Assembly (NCBI RefSeq): GCF_037042905.1
Contig: NC_087245.1
Coordinates: 12,402,001-12,466,000 of the forward strand
Source: Lytechinus pictus
Lineage: Eukaryota
Length of the DNA: 64,000 bases
Direction of reading: 5' to 3'
Shown: positions 40,801 to 49,875 of the stretch, piece by piece
Position numbering within the stretch: the first letter of the stretch is position 1
Layout: each line of letters opens with the position of its first letter
Notes under the pieces: model-generated
Database searches by the model: none
Seen by the model: only the letters and a program-made list of their open reading frames with translations
Told to the model about the DNA's origin: nothing
Program-made: the position numbers and the translations under genes

Positions 40801-43800
40801 AAATGTATGAACATTTATCATCATGATAAGTATCAACATGATCATTGATCCACTGGATGTTGATTTGGTACCAACTAAAGTATTCTCTAAATTGAAAAGA
40901 AGACAATGTGCATTAGGATATTTGATTTTGAAAAGAACTGTCTTTAAAAGCAATCATATGGCTAGATTATATTATCCGAAAGTACTGGAATAGACCATTT
41001 TATTCGTAGGGGTGCTATTACCTCTCATCACGGATGGACATTTTTACTCAAATTAAATTCTCTCTAGTTTTATTGTTTTTAAAGTTATTCTAATTTGGTT
41101 TGGATGTTCTTGCATTCTGAACATTAATCTATTATCAAACATAAATTAGTAGAAAAAAAATATTGGGAAGTAATTTTTTTTGGTAGGTGTGAACATTTCC
41201 ATTTTGAAATTTCCGTCCGTGATGAAAAAAAATATAAAAAGTTTTTTTATTTTTTATCAGAATAGAAATAAAAAATAAAAAGGTGTAGAGGTATCTCACT
41301 AAACACTGTACATCATTTAATTTGAACATAGCTGAAATCCATACATTTTATCCATATCATAAACTCAATCAAAAATGATCACGGACGGACATTAATTTCA
41401 TCACGGACGGACAATGTAAATTCACTCAAATTCAATTCACTCTAGTTTTATTGTTTTCAAAGCTACTCCAATTTGGTTTGGATTTTCTTGTACTCTAAAC
41501 ATTAATCTATCATCAAACATAAATTAGTAGACAAAATATGGGAAGTAAATTTTTCTGGTAGATGTTAACATTCCATTTTGAAATTTCCATCCGTGATGAA
41601 ATTAATGGCCGTCCGTGATCATTTTTATTGAGTTTATGATATGGATAATATGTATGGATTCAGCTTTTTATTCTTTATCAGAATAGAAACAAAAATAAAA
41701 GTGTGCAGAAGCATCTCACTAGACACTGTACATCATTTCATTTGAATATAGCTAAAATCCATACATTTTATCCACATTATAAATCAATCAAAATAATCGC
41801 AGACGGACATTAATTTCATCACGGACAGACAATGAGCAAATACTGAGCAGATTATGAATTTAATTTTAGTTCCAATTTGCAGTGAAAAATGGTACTGAGA
41901 ATTATTCAGAACTCAAATGGATGGAAACCTACAACTCTTCACATTTTTTTGTGAAATCTTTCTTTGGCTGTTATTGGGGCTTAATTGTTGTCAGGAATTT
42001 TTTTTTAAACATAATTGGAATGCAGATAGAGTTGGAAGCTACATGTATACCAAAAAGCAGGAAATGAAATAGAGCAAGAATAAGTCAAAAGCTGTATATT
42101 TCATCAATTGAAGCTTGCAGAAAGTGATGGAAAAGAAGAAAATAGAATGCATATTCTGATAAGCAGGAAAAAAAAATCATTTTTTCCATGTGCAAACCTA
42201 TGGATTCACAATGCTTCTAACAGAACATGACATCACGTCCTTGAGGCTTGTGAAAAGTACAAGAATTCCTTTTTTTAAAGTCCATTTTGGAGCTAATTTT
42301 GAGCAAATTGCTGATCTGGTAATCTGAAAATGCATACAATTCATAAAAAAAATTTGCACTGCAGTGTTTATAAGTTTAATTGGTATCTGATTTCAATTTT
42401 GGATTTGGTCAGTGCCTAAATACATGAGGGCTGTTGATATGAAGGTGTGTCTCCACTTTAATATGGACAAAAGATGAATTTGAAGAGAGCCTGGACAAGT
42501 GTTGTGGTCATACTTGATCCACCAAACAAGCATAATGATCAGCAACCTGTGAATCTTTTGGATTTACTTAATGGACATTAAAAAAAAATATGTGCTCTTC
42601 GAAAATTAATGCCTAAAAATGTATGAACATTTATCATCATGATAAGTATCAACATGATCATTGATCCACTGGATGTTGATTTGGTACCAACTAAAGTATT
42701 CTCTAAATTGAAAAGAAGACAATGTGCATTAGGATATTTGATTTTGAAAAGAACTGTCTTTAAAAGCAATCATATGGCTAGATTATTTTGTGTGTCTAGC
42801 ATAGAAATCATGTTGCTACAACTTAAATCAAGTTGTAGCAACTTGATTGTGCAACTAATATTGTTTAATCATATAAAAAAATGTACAAATCATCAATACA
42901 TTAGCATTTGTTCCCCCAAACAAGTAATAAGAACTTCTTACAAGGTACTTCCAATGTATTTTATTTGTGTCCGTCCGTGATGTCCGTCCGAGATGGAAAA
43001 TATTTGCAATTCTCTCAGAAGTTTGAAATTGGTTAAGAATTCAATATGCTGAACATAGAAGCTAACATACCCGAGTGTAAGTTGCATTAACAATTATTGG
43101 TCAATGTTAAGCTATTTAGATAGAAACAATAAAAATGTTCAAAAATTCTGAAAACCACATTTCTATCATGTCCGTCCGTGATATGGCACATTTAGTGGCT
43201 ACCTATGTTTGTAGGTAACCATGGCAACAAACTTTTTTCATCATTCAGCATACTTTGTCCTACCCTTCACTATAAAACACAAAGGAACCATGTTCATCTT
43301 ATTCCTAATTTGTTACAAGCCTTCAAAGTTTTCAAAATCTATCAAATGTCCGTCCGTGATGAACCGATCACGCTCAAATATGGAAAATACGTGTTTAGGG
43401 TGCTTTACGAGACACCATGGTCGCGCATGGTATCCACTCATCAATGGAAGTGCCCCCCCCCCCCCCCCCCCCCCCGGAAAGATCTACAAGACATAAGAAA
43501 GCATCATCAAAATCAAATGACAAAATATTGGATTTAAAATCATGCTTTTACGGATTTTCTCAAATGATCAACATCATGATCTATGCACAAATATATTAAA
43601 CAAAACAAACCATATTGTTTGACATAAATGAAATACCGGTATTGGACCTTACTTCCTGTTTCATTTTAGTTGTGAGAAATCCAGGTGGCCTCCTCTTTCT
43701 CAACTCCTCCTCATAAATCTATGATAAAATGAAAATATATCAAGTAAAAGTGTTATAGAATCTTCCAAATATAGAGAGCAATGGGGATTGTGATTTCATT

Positions 43801-45222
43801 TCAGAAAAAATTGTTCCATTGAAATTTTCACCTCACCTTCCATTCTTTAAAACTAATAATAAATTATACAGTCAGACAGTAAAATTTATGCAGCACGTGT
43901 GTAGTGAGAAAATGACTCAGCTACAGTAACATTTTGTAAAGAGACAATTGAATTTGTAAAATGTGACACAGGTTTGCTAGATATAATTTGGTGTTGAAAG
44001 CAATATTTTTCAAACCCACCTCTTCCTCTGTTAGTTCAAGTTTCCCACTAACTCCAAAGTGTTTTAAAGCCTGTGAGAAATATAAAAGTATATTATTATA
44101 TCAAATAAATACAAATCCATAAAATATACAATCTGAAAAAAGGAAAGGCTATTATTTCAGTTTGAGTTTACACTAAGCTGTAAACCTAAACTAGTACAAA
44201 TATATAGTTTTTAATGGCTGTACAATTGAAAAAAAAAATCATAAAGCAAGGATTTTTTTTGACAGCATACATTCATATTCAATCTTTATCTTGCCTAAAA
44301 AAGGTAAATGAAAAAAAGTACTTCAAGTGAATAGCCCAAACAGTAAAAACTAACACACAAACAAAACCACCTACATACTGCACACTTTAGGCTTCTCAGT
44401 AGCTAGAATCAATTCAGGGATTTGAAAATAAAAGCACATTATGCCACTATCAGTTTATCAAATACTCACCTAACAACTTAACTGTCATAGCATACCAAGG
44501 AATACTTCCCAAACAGTTAAGATTCCTTGATGCACATGGTATAATGGGACTACAAGACCATTGCCTTAAAAATGGGTAAAATCACTTGCTTTTAATACCA
44601 GTAGCTACATAAAGTACATGAAATCCCTAAAAAACAGCTTAACTGAACTTGAAGAAAGAAAAAAAAACAGAATTCTTCTTATTGTTTGATTCAGACAAAC
44701 TACCTTGTTCAAAGGATATAATTCTCCTTTAATGTTACCATCCGAGCTCTCTTTCTCAAAAAGAAAGCATTAACCAGATTGTGTCTGGCTAACTAACCTG
44801 CATCCTCCTCACTTAAGGCATTCTAGATAAGCAACTGATATTTTAATTGGTGTTTTTTGTGGGGTGAGGGTAAGTTATTTCTGGCCTTTATTTTTCTTCC
44901 TTTTATCACTGCTTTTATCTAAGCCTTTAAGGAGGGGACTATTCTTAAAAAAATTCCATGCAGGAAAGCACACTGTAGAAGCTACACAAAAGCACATTGC
45001 GAATTTGTTTGGTGTGAAAGTTGGTCCAAATATATATTTATGGCTCACCGCTTGCACTCTGCTATGAATAGCTGTAAGTTGAATGATGATCTCTCTCTCT
45101 ACTCTGAACTGTTTGTTGAATTGTAAGAGTTCAAACACCTCATTAACATGATGAGCAGACTCCATGCGTCCATCAGCCTCTGTCAACGGCAGGAGTTTCA
45201 CTTTACCCCAATTCTTTGCCAT
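16770..45222 (-). CDS. FAM186A: FAM186A/B-like coiled-coil protein, 32 coding exons, about 1071 aa (whole-gene span)
   Basis: All 31 introns are GT-AG with matching phases; summed exon length is 3216 nt, an open frame MAKNWGKVK...SLFPPISK*. Central heptad-rich region. C-terminal IRLRSLFERYITFRRLQ...FLERME...KWRDRRELLKQQR...MIAIF...VPRMLDMDIN and N-terminal QLTAIHSRVQ...KQRILDTI...VNDWL resemble FAM186A/B terminal domains. Recognised from memory, not searched. Confidence 0.75.
17978..18189. mobile_element. Harbinger-like MITE (intronic)
   Basis: GGGGGTGTTTCAGAAAGACTTAAG ... CTTAAATCTTTGTGAAACACCCCC with CWG flanks. Confidence 0.75.
18272..18363 (-). CDS. FAM186-like exon 31
   Basis: MPANWEATTALVTVPRMLDMDINTRRKTAQ; gcag/gtatgt. 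Confidence 0.88.
18959..19163 (-). CDS. FAM186-like exon 30
   Basis: FDAVSQEAGISMIRPTT...GMALLGEPGPFWR; acag/gtaggt. Confidence 0.88.
19741..19817 (-). CDS. FAM186-like exon 29
   Basis: SINKWRDRRELLKQQRTQLYEQMIA; tcag/gtgagt. Confidence 0.9.
20104..20204 (-). CDS. FAM186-like exon 28
   Basis: ELFEKIKSEKEGEKEKDQRLTSFLERMEKRMCT; acag/gtaagt. Confidence 0.9.
20630..20982 (+). mobile_element. Full-length tRNA-derived SINE (intronic, antisense to host gene)
   Basis: Pol III A box TGGTGTAGTGG, B box GTTCGAATCC, core ctctcgacccaggtgctaattgggtacc, (ATT)n tail. Confidence 0.88.
21079..21181 (-). CDS. FAM186-like exon 27
   Basis: ITVNIITQTMEVPEIRLRSLFERYITFRRLQEQK; gcag/gttagt. Confidence 0.9.
21571..21696 (-). 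CDS. FAM186-like exon 26
   Basis: PRPALKKPNVEQMRMKVSDQLKNLNMLEEAFKENKISQELHT; atag/gtaaat. Confidence 0.88.
22335..22461 (-). CDS. FAM186-like exon 25
   Basis: EVAFREEVKKRDAKLRNMRMSQAQQERNQQVLVSRLNSVEEQ; atag/gtagac. Confidence 0.88.
22485..22705 (-). mobile_element. Degenerate tRNA-derived SINE
   Basis: Reverse-complement B box (ggattcaaaccc), core ccattcatctcacctgggtc, AAT-repeat tail. Confidence 0.65.
23247..23329 (-). CDS. FAM186-like exon 24
   Basis: EEKYNALLERHKTQILHASNLQRELRS; aag/gtaagt. Confidence 0.85.
23386..23793. mobile_element. Degenerate MITE
   Basis: Imperfect TIR aagcccagcgcacac / gtgtgctatgggctt. Confidence 0.5.
24418..24474 (-). CDS. FAM186-like exon 23
   Basis: YQDQMNAAQVSFEEMKRIN; acag/gtaagt. 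Confidence 0.85.
24872..25000 (-). CDS. FAM186-like exon 22
   Basis: RIELKEALTAKVKTPATPPSVDCSVDVDKLCQENQQLNERILK; tcag/gtatta. Confidence 0.88.
26114..26160 (-). CDS. FAM186-like exon 21
   Basis: (L)LVSLELKIAQALMNK; acag/gtgagg. Confidence 0.85.
27453..27510 (-). CDS. FAM186-like exon 20
   Basis: KVATDIRRSLNQLAGNAME; acag/gtaggt. Confidence 0.85.
27873..27928 (-). CDS. FAM186-like exon 19
   Basis: LLDTAHEIRQMDNLIIEE; tcag/gtattt. Confidence 0.85.
28586..28719 (-). CDS. FAM186-like exon 18
   Basis: FLAEKRRQEQDIKMQLGNIHKESIHMMRAINRFKESIAVILEKE; gcag/gtgagt. Confidence 0.9.
28951..29132 (-). CDS. FAM186-like exon 17
   Basis: EQKISELGRQVKEAQRAP...YESEINKLKDYLDKEKS; ctag/gtaagt. Confidence 0.9.
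29909..29983 (-). CDS. FAM186-like exon 16
   Basis: IDDLHREISSQKAELDSKEATIDKQ; atag/gtacaa. Confidence 0.87.
31278..31399 (-). CDS. FAM186-like exon 15
   Basis: TQEEYAHQLDLAEYQKMDGKNQAESLREQYKTQIKDLKKD; tcag/gtaaga. Confidence 0.9.
31984..32047 (-). CDS. FAM186-like exon 14
   Basis: DTVMKLETVVDNLESELRETL; gcag/gtaagt. Confidence 0.88.
32363..32469 (-). CDS. FAM186-like exon 13
   Basis: AAIAKCKGLEGAIVNLEDHHKKMVEDLEMKYKNEA; atag/gtaaga. Confidence 0.88.
32920..33200 (-). mobile_element. tRNA-derived SINE
   Basis: gggattcgaacccacgacc (B box, reverse strand), core ccattcacctcccctgggttgagtg, (AAT)n tail at about 32920. Confidence 0.8.
33305..33434 (-). CDS. FAM186-like exon 12
   Basis: VDLQYKLNESRMEISSLKTKLESQISEDSPKYAAQFNNLEKEK; ttag/gtaagg. 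Confidence 0.9.
34155..34268 (-). CDS. FAM186-like exon 11
   Basis: VKINHVSRLNEKLEVEMKKKTQRMEQMENIIKKNNEKM; tcag/gtaagt. Confidence 0.9.
34642..34742 (-). CDS. FAM186-like exon 10
   Basis: MRNSVKKFNFMMLAMERRNQENSLLGQQILECE; acag/gtaaat. Confidence 0.88.
35187..35294 (-). CDS. FAM186-like exon 9
   Basis: EQTLKEIENWKSAAKDVEGSLDAACRMARTNNDRT; ccag/gtatcg. Confidence 0.88.
35612..35718 (-). CDS. FAM186-like exon 8
   Basis: VSDDESEASSHHVSQPIDKLALLKPKVKRTQHIIS; acag/gttagt. Confidence 0.85.
36189..36302. mobile_element. 114-bp hAT-like hairpin MITE
   Basis: About 46-bp near-perfect TIRs beginning CAGTGGCGG; exact 8-bp TSD TCTTCAGT (36181-36188, 36303-36310). Confidence 0.9.
36442..36555 (-). 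CDS. FAM186-like exon 7
   Basis: QTWADGTRYKKRHNDKLRRLGKEIFELLNEMMRDHTQ; atag/gtaagt. Confidence 0.88.
36943..37016 (-). CDS. FAM186-like exon 6
   Basis: ENNLVTEETLKDRENDMIQLNQDC; atag/gtaagt. Confidence 0.87.
37714..37761 (-). CDS. FAM186-like exon 5
   Basis: NMEEVNDWLFDVQTTL; tcag/gtaagt. Confidence 0.87.
38363..38431 (-). CDS. FAM186-like exon 4
   Basis: KLNKQRILDTIHEFGQKCITCER; ttag/gtaagt. Confidence 0.88.
39032..43375. mobile_element. Sola2-like non-autonomous element (nested)
   Basis: TIR GAGCATGATCGGTT / AACCGATCACGCTC; 4-bp TSD AAAT; many internal ATCACGGACGGAC / GTCCGTCCGTGAT motifs. Confidence 0.75.
39158..42786 (+). repeat. Tandem duplication with 1816-bp period (39158-40970 and 40974-42786)
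   Basis: Identical ORF translations offset by exactly 1816 nt; the sequences are near-identical by eye. Confidence 0.97.
43653..43718 (-). CDS. FAM186-like exon 3
   Basis: IYEEELRKRRPPGFLTTKMKQE; atag/gtaagg. Confidence 0.87.
44020..44070 (-). CDS. FAM186-like exon 2
   Basis: ALKHFGVSGKLELTEEE; acag/gtgggt. Confidence 0.85.
45049..45222 (-). CDS. FAM186-like first coding exon (exon acceptor at 45245)
   Basis: ATC-ATG-G start context; MAKNWGKVKLLPLTEADGRMESAHHVNEVFELLQFNKQFRVEREIIIQLTAIHSRVQA; donor gtgagc. Confidence 0.85.
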
Positions 45223-46749
45223 GATAGCTGTAATTTTCCTAGATCCTGTGTGTTTGTAGAAAAAAGGAAATTAAAAATGAATCATATAAAATTTTACTGT
45301 TATTTTTGTTATTTAATCATTTGGCAAGAGTTCTACATACCCCACTGATATTGGAATGGCTTATTGATATTATAGTTACTATCTATATCAAGAATAGGAT
45401 TCATACAAAATATGACTTCATTCCGTCAAATTACGAAGCAGGATCTCATACATGTACATGCATTTCTTAGAGACATCCGTTTATTACGTTTAAAAAAAAT
45501 GAATCCACCTATAGTCCCATGGATATACTACTTGAAATATTGGGTATCTGATCATTTTGAGACCTCTTCCTTCAGTGAATTCATGCTAGTGTAATGTAGT
45601 GTGTAGTACATCAATCTACAATTTAATTAATCAGGCAAGTTGGTACAGGTTTGACCTCTTCAAATAGTTAATGAAAAATAAAAAGAAATAGAGTGGGAAA
45701 AAAAGTGATTCAGAGCACTAAGAATATTTTGCACAGAGAGATAGGAAGTGCTTTTATTGAAATTTTGCAAAGCAAGGCCTCCTGTTTGCTAAACTTTCTT
45801 TAATATTACACCTGTACTAAAATCAAAGGGGACATTATTTAATTTTGCAGGTTTTCACATGAATATCAACATGAAATAGGTCAAACTTGTTTACATTTTG
45901 TTTGGAGAAAGCGACACCACCTTTCGGCTTTGCACAGGCAATATTTCTTAGTGCGTAAACTTTGACTTACATGACAAAGGGGTACCTAAGGAACTCTTTC
46001 CCAGTTTTCTACTAGTATACCTCAAGCAGAAAAGCAATGCTGTGGAAGCAATTTTTTTACCCACAAAAAAAAAGGAGAAAAAAAATACTTGGATAAAGAT
46101 CATAACATAATATAAAATACTTTACAGTATCCATACCTTCACTTGATTTTCTAGTACTTTGCCATATGTTCCCACAGTACACTCTATATATTTAATAACT
46201 GAAATGTTCTGTTACACCTACATTAATTTGATTACCATTCCACATTCCTTATAGAGGCATATGTAAGAAGCCATTTATTGAATATATTTCTATATGTATC
46301 TTGATCATCTGACTCTCTTATTATTCTATATATTTTCCAAATACTATACTGGAATTTCCTGTTAAACCTGCATAAACTTTAGATGGCATTATTCCCTTTC
46401 AAACTCAAAATTCAACTGATTGATATACCACTCTTTTTAATTCATTTTGAAATATTTAATGTATTGGCTTAATTAAATTTGCTTCCTTTCTTTTCTGTTT
46501 TTAATTTGATACCCATGCAATATTGTTGGCATTACCCACTCATCCTACGAACGAGGTTATAATATAACCTCGTTCTCGGCAGTATACCGTGCAATTGTGA
46601 AAATATACATTGCTCATTTTTCCCCCATCCGTCATTCAAAGTATCACAAACTCATGCAATTTCATAAATGTGATACTTAGCCTAACATCTTTTCATAAGA
46701 AGATCATTCTTACTGACCTTAAAACATAAAAAAATGAATAAAAACTCAC

Positions 46750-46960
46750 CAAAATTTATGCATGATGGCGATTGATCCTCTCGGTTGCTGCTATGGTGTT
46801 CAACAGTGACAAATCGAAAAAGAAAAAAAATCTCACGAAACCAGAGAGGTTTATCCACCCGTTTGGACGAAACACTGCTCGTGATGCAATCTGGTTAGGA
46901 AGTCTCGACAGCCTCTATCAAGACAAATTGGCAATCTTGTTTCGTCTCGATAAACATATT
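46750..46960 (-). promoter_or_regulatory. Probable 5' UTR exon 1 / promoter region of the FAM186-like gene
   Basis: Strong donor TG|gtgagt at 46750/46749 and a locally CpG-richer upstream segment. TSS not determinable. Confidence 0.5.
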
Positions 46961-48534
46961 TAAAGAATGAAAAAGTGTAAATAACATTATTTCCTGAGGA
47001 TATATAAATTAATCATCATAGGTCCTTTCACCATACAATATATAGTTTATTAAAGAAGGAAGTACGCTGATTGTGCTATAACTATCCATTCGGGACAAGT
47101 CCCCCTCTCGCCCTCCCCCCCCCCCCCCCCCCGCTTCCGCCGCCTGTGACAAAAATATAATTCTGATGTACAAAAATAGTGAAAAAAATATTGAATGTCA
47201 GGTGATCAAAAGACTACCTTCGCAGGAACAGGCTTCACCGGAAACGGGTATTGGTCAGAAGCATGAATAATCCAGCTCTGTGGTCGCGCTCCCATTAGCT
47301 TTCATTTATTCAGCACAAGAGGGCGTTACGGCACTCTACATAGGATTCTATGGACAGACGAGGATAATGAAGAATTTCCTGATAATTTTACACAGTTTCG
47401 AAATCAATCATAAAAGGATAATATTTTGGTTCTTGACAATCATTGGTAAGTCCAACTCTTTTACTCTTTTCTTCATAAGATAAAAATTTGCCAAGAAGCA
47501 GGCCTTTACACCGTACAGTCCCACCCCCTACCTTTCGCTGTATGGCAAATGGTCTGGGATGAGGAGTGGCATTACCCCACGTATGTTCACGGCCTTAACT
47601 CAGCGGAGCGCGCCATTGAAAGGCCTTCTCGCCTAACAATATTGTTAGCGACGTTTGTTAGCATCACTTTGCTCACTCTCTTAAATGTCTGCGACATTAA
47701 AATCCTAAAAACAATAGAATCGTTGAATTTTAGTGAGGCTATGAATGTTTATCATTTACGTTGACTATCAGTGTACCAACATATACCAAATTTACAAGCA
47801 AGTGTGGGTAAGACTTCGAATTATCAGTCATTTCGATGCAATCCCAAAATATAACAGAAATTTGATATAGCATTGCAAAATCCTTATTTTCAAATCCCCT
47901 TAAATTTTAATTTTTTTCAAAAGTATCTTAGTACATTTCCTAGAATTTTTCATAACTGATAATGGTGGTGGATTATTGACTCCAGTTTTTTTTAGGAAAT
48001 GGCAGGCATTTGAAATCAGGTAAATTTTTGTTATATTTTTAAAAGAAAATCGTTAGATTCGAACAACTTTAATAGTTCTCCAAAAGAAGGGTTATATTCT
48101 ATTTTTTGTGTATAAATGATACATAACAATAAATTTTACGAGTATATCAATGCATGTTGGATAACCTTTTCCACAATGATTTTCGTAATTGAGAGAAAAA
48201 TCAAGTTCATTCCTAGCAAGCGAGCCGCAGAATGATAAATTTAGCGTGCGCACACGGGCTGATCGCCGTGTCTGTGGGGACGGATATCTAGTCCCATACT
48301 GGTGTAAGGTGGTATTTTCCACGTACCTTTTCCCCTTGTAATGACCACTTCGCACTTTAGTGCTTAATTTTGACACTTAATCTGTGAAAGTAATGGTTTA
48401 ACGATTTTGGAAAATGCTCGGAATATACCCGACACATAAATGATTTCATTTTTGAGAATTATTATTTCTTTCCTGAATTACCAAAAGGCGAATTTAGGTC
48501 AAGATTGCATATGTAACATACTCAATTGACTGTA

Positions 48535-49388
48535 GGGGAAGGCGGGGTAAGTTGAGCATAGGGGCAAGTTGAGCCACCACCCCCAGGCCAATAATGAATG
48601 AGTCAGACATTGTGGTGGTGTCATGCATTGATGACCCATTACATAACCCTTAATCCCACCACATTGTTTTCAACTTTGAAACAAAAAGTACTTTTTTAGA
48701 GGGAAAAATACAAATTTCAGCAAAAAAAGTAAAAAAGGTATGAAATAGATCAGTGCTTTTTACCCACACACGTCTTCAAATATGATAAAGAAATACGAAT
48801 AATATTGTTAGTCCAGGTATGGATTCTCACTCTTGTCATAGTCTTTTACATGATGGATGCATGAGAAATGTGTGGATGTGGAAATAACGCATTAAGTTTG
48901 GACTGGGGTAATTTGTGCCAGCCAACATGGGGCAAGTTGAGCCATAGTAATTCTTATGGTAATGTATAATAAAAAAAACCTTAAAAAGCCATTGATATGC
49001 AGGCAGAAAGGATCAAATTCACATGACAGTTCTTTTACTTTTAGAGGATGTTAGTATTTATAGAGAATTAGCAAGTGAAAAGACTTTAAATAAAAAATTG
49101 ACATGCTGGTTCTTCCCGCATACATTTTGTACATAGTTTTGTATGGCTCAATTTACCCCAGAAGGTGGCACAACTTACTCCACAGATGGGGCAAGTTGAG
49201 CCATTTGACATCGTCTTTTTCAAAGGTCACAATGACTTTCAGTGTGGAGGTAGAAAGTTATATATAGGTGAGAAATATTTCCCAAGAATCAAATTTAAAG
49301 GCAAGGTACTTAATACTACAATATTATTATTCATATCAATTCTAACATGCAAAATGAAAAAAGTGTCACAACTTACCCCGCCTTCCCC
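48535..49388. mobile_element. Tc1/mariner-pogo-like MITE nested in Chapaev copy 2
   Basis: TA|GGGGAAGGCGGGGTAAGTTG ... CAACTTACCCCGCCTTCCCC|TA; absent from copy 1; internal GGGGCAAGTTGAGCCA repeats. Confidence 0.85.
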
Positions 49389-49702
49389 TATACATAGCGC
49401 ATATCTATTACAATTATAGGCCTATATCTATATGTAATTATATAAATTGTCCTGATGTAAATATATGTTATAGAATCATATTGGATGCAAAAATCATGAT
49501 GGGTGTCATGGTCTGAGTTTTCTTTGTGTATAACAAACAAAATACTGCATGATTCCAATTTTATTTGAACATGTCATTGTATGCAATGGCAAGTTCAATC
49601 AATCAGTTTATAATTTTCTTTTGTTTAGTCAGCATTTATTCTTCAATATGCAGAATTGGTTTACAAGCGGTTTTTATACCAAAGACCTCATTCCTGGCAC
49701 TT

Positions 49703-49875
49703 CACAGTAAAAATGCTGTTTAAGATTTTATACAATGCTGTTTACTATATGAACCTTACAGTATTTGTTTAACCGTTTAAACAATCATGTTTAATTTATT
49801 GAAGATTAGATATTGAAAATTAAACTTTGCTGCTTAAGATTTAAACACTTGTTTAAACTGTTTTTTCTTACTGTG
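49703..49875. mobile_element. CACTA/EnSpm-like MITE nested in Chapaev copy 2
   Basis: TT|CACAGTAAAAA ... TTTCTTACTGTG|TT; copy 1 shows the empty site ggcacttcgact. Confidence 0.8.

Larger units (their letters stand above)
38542..43477. mobile_element. Non-autonomous DNA transposon with CCGGGG termini and 8-bp TSD (outer element of a nest)
   Basis: TIR ccggggg-ccacttacattgacgagtgaataccatg / catggtatccactcatcaatggaagtg-ccccgg; exact TSD AAAGATCT (38534-38541, 43478-43485). Superfamily not assigned. Confidence 0.85.

Noticed and set aside
46137..46183. Extra 47-nt exon linking the upstream ATG to the main frame
   Set aside because: The length would restore frame but the junction creates TG|A (stop), and the acceptor lacks a pyrimidine tract; at most a UTR exon.
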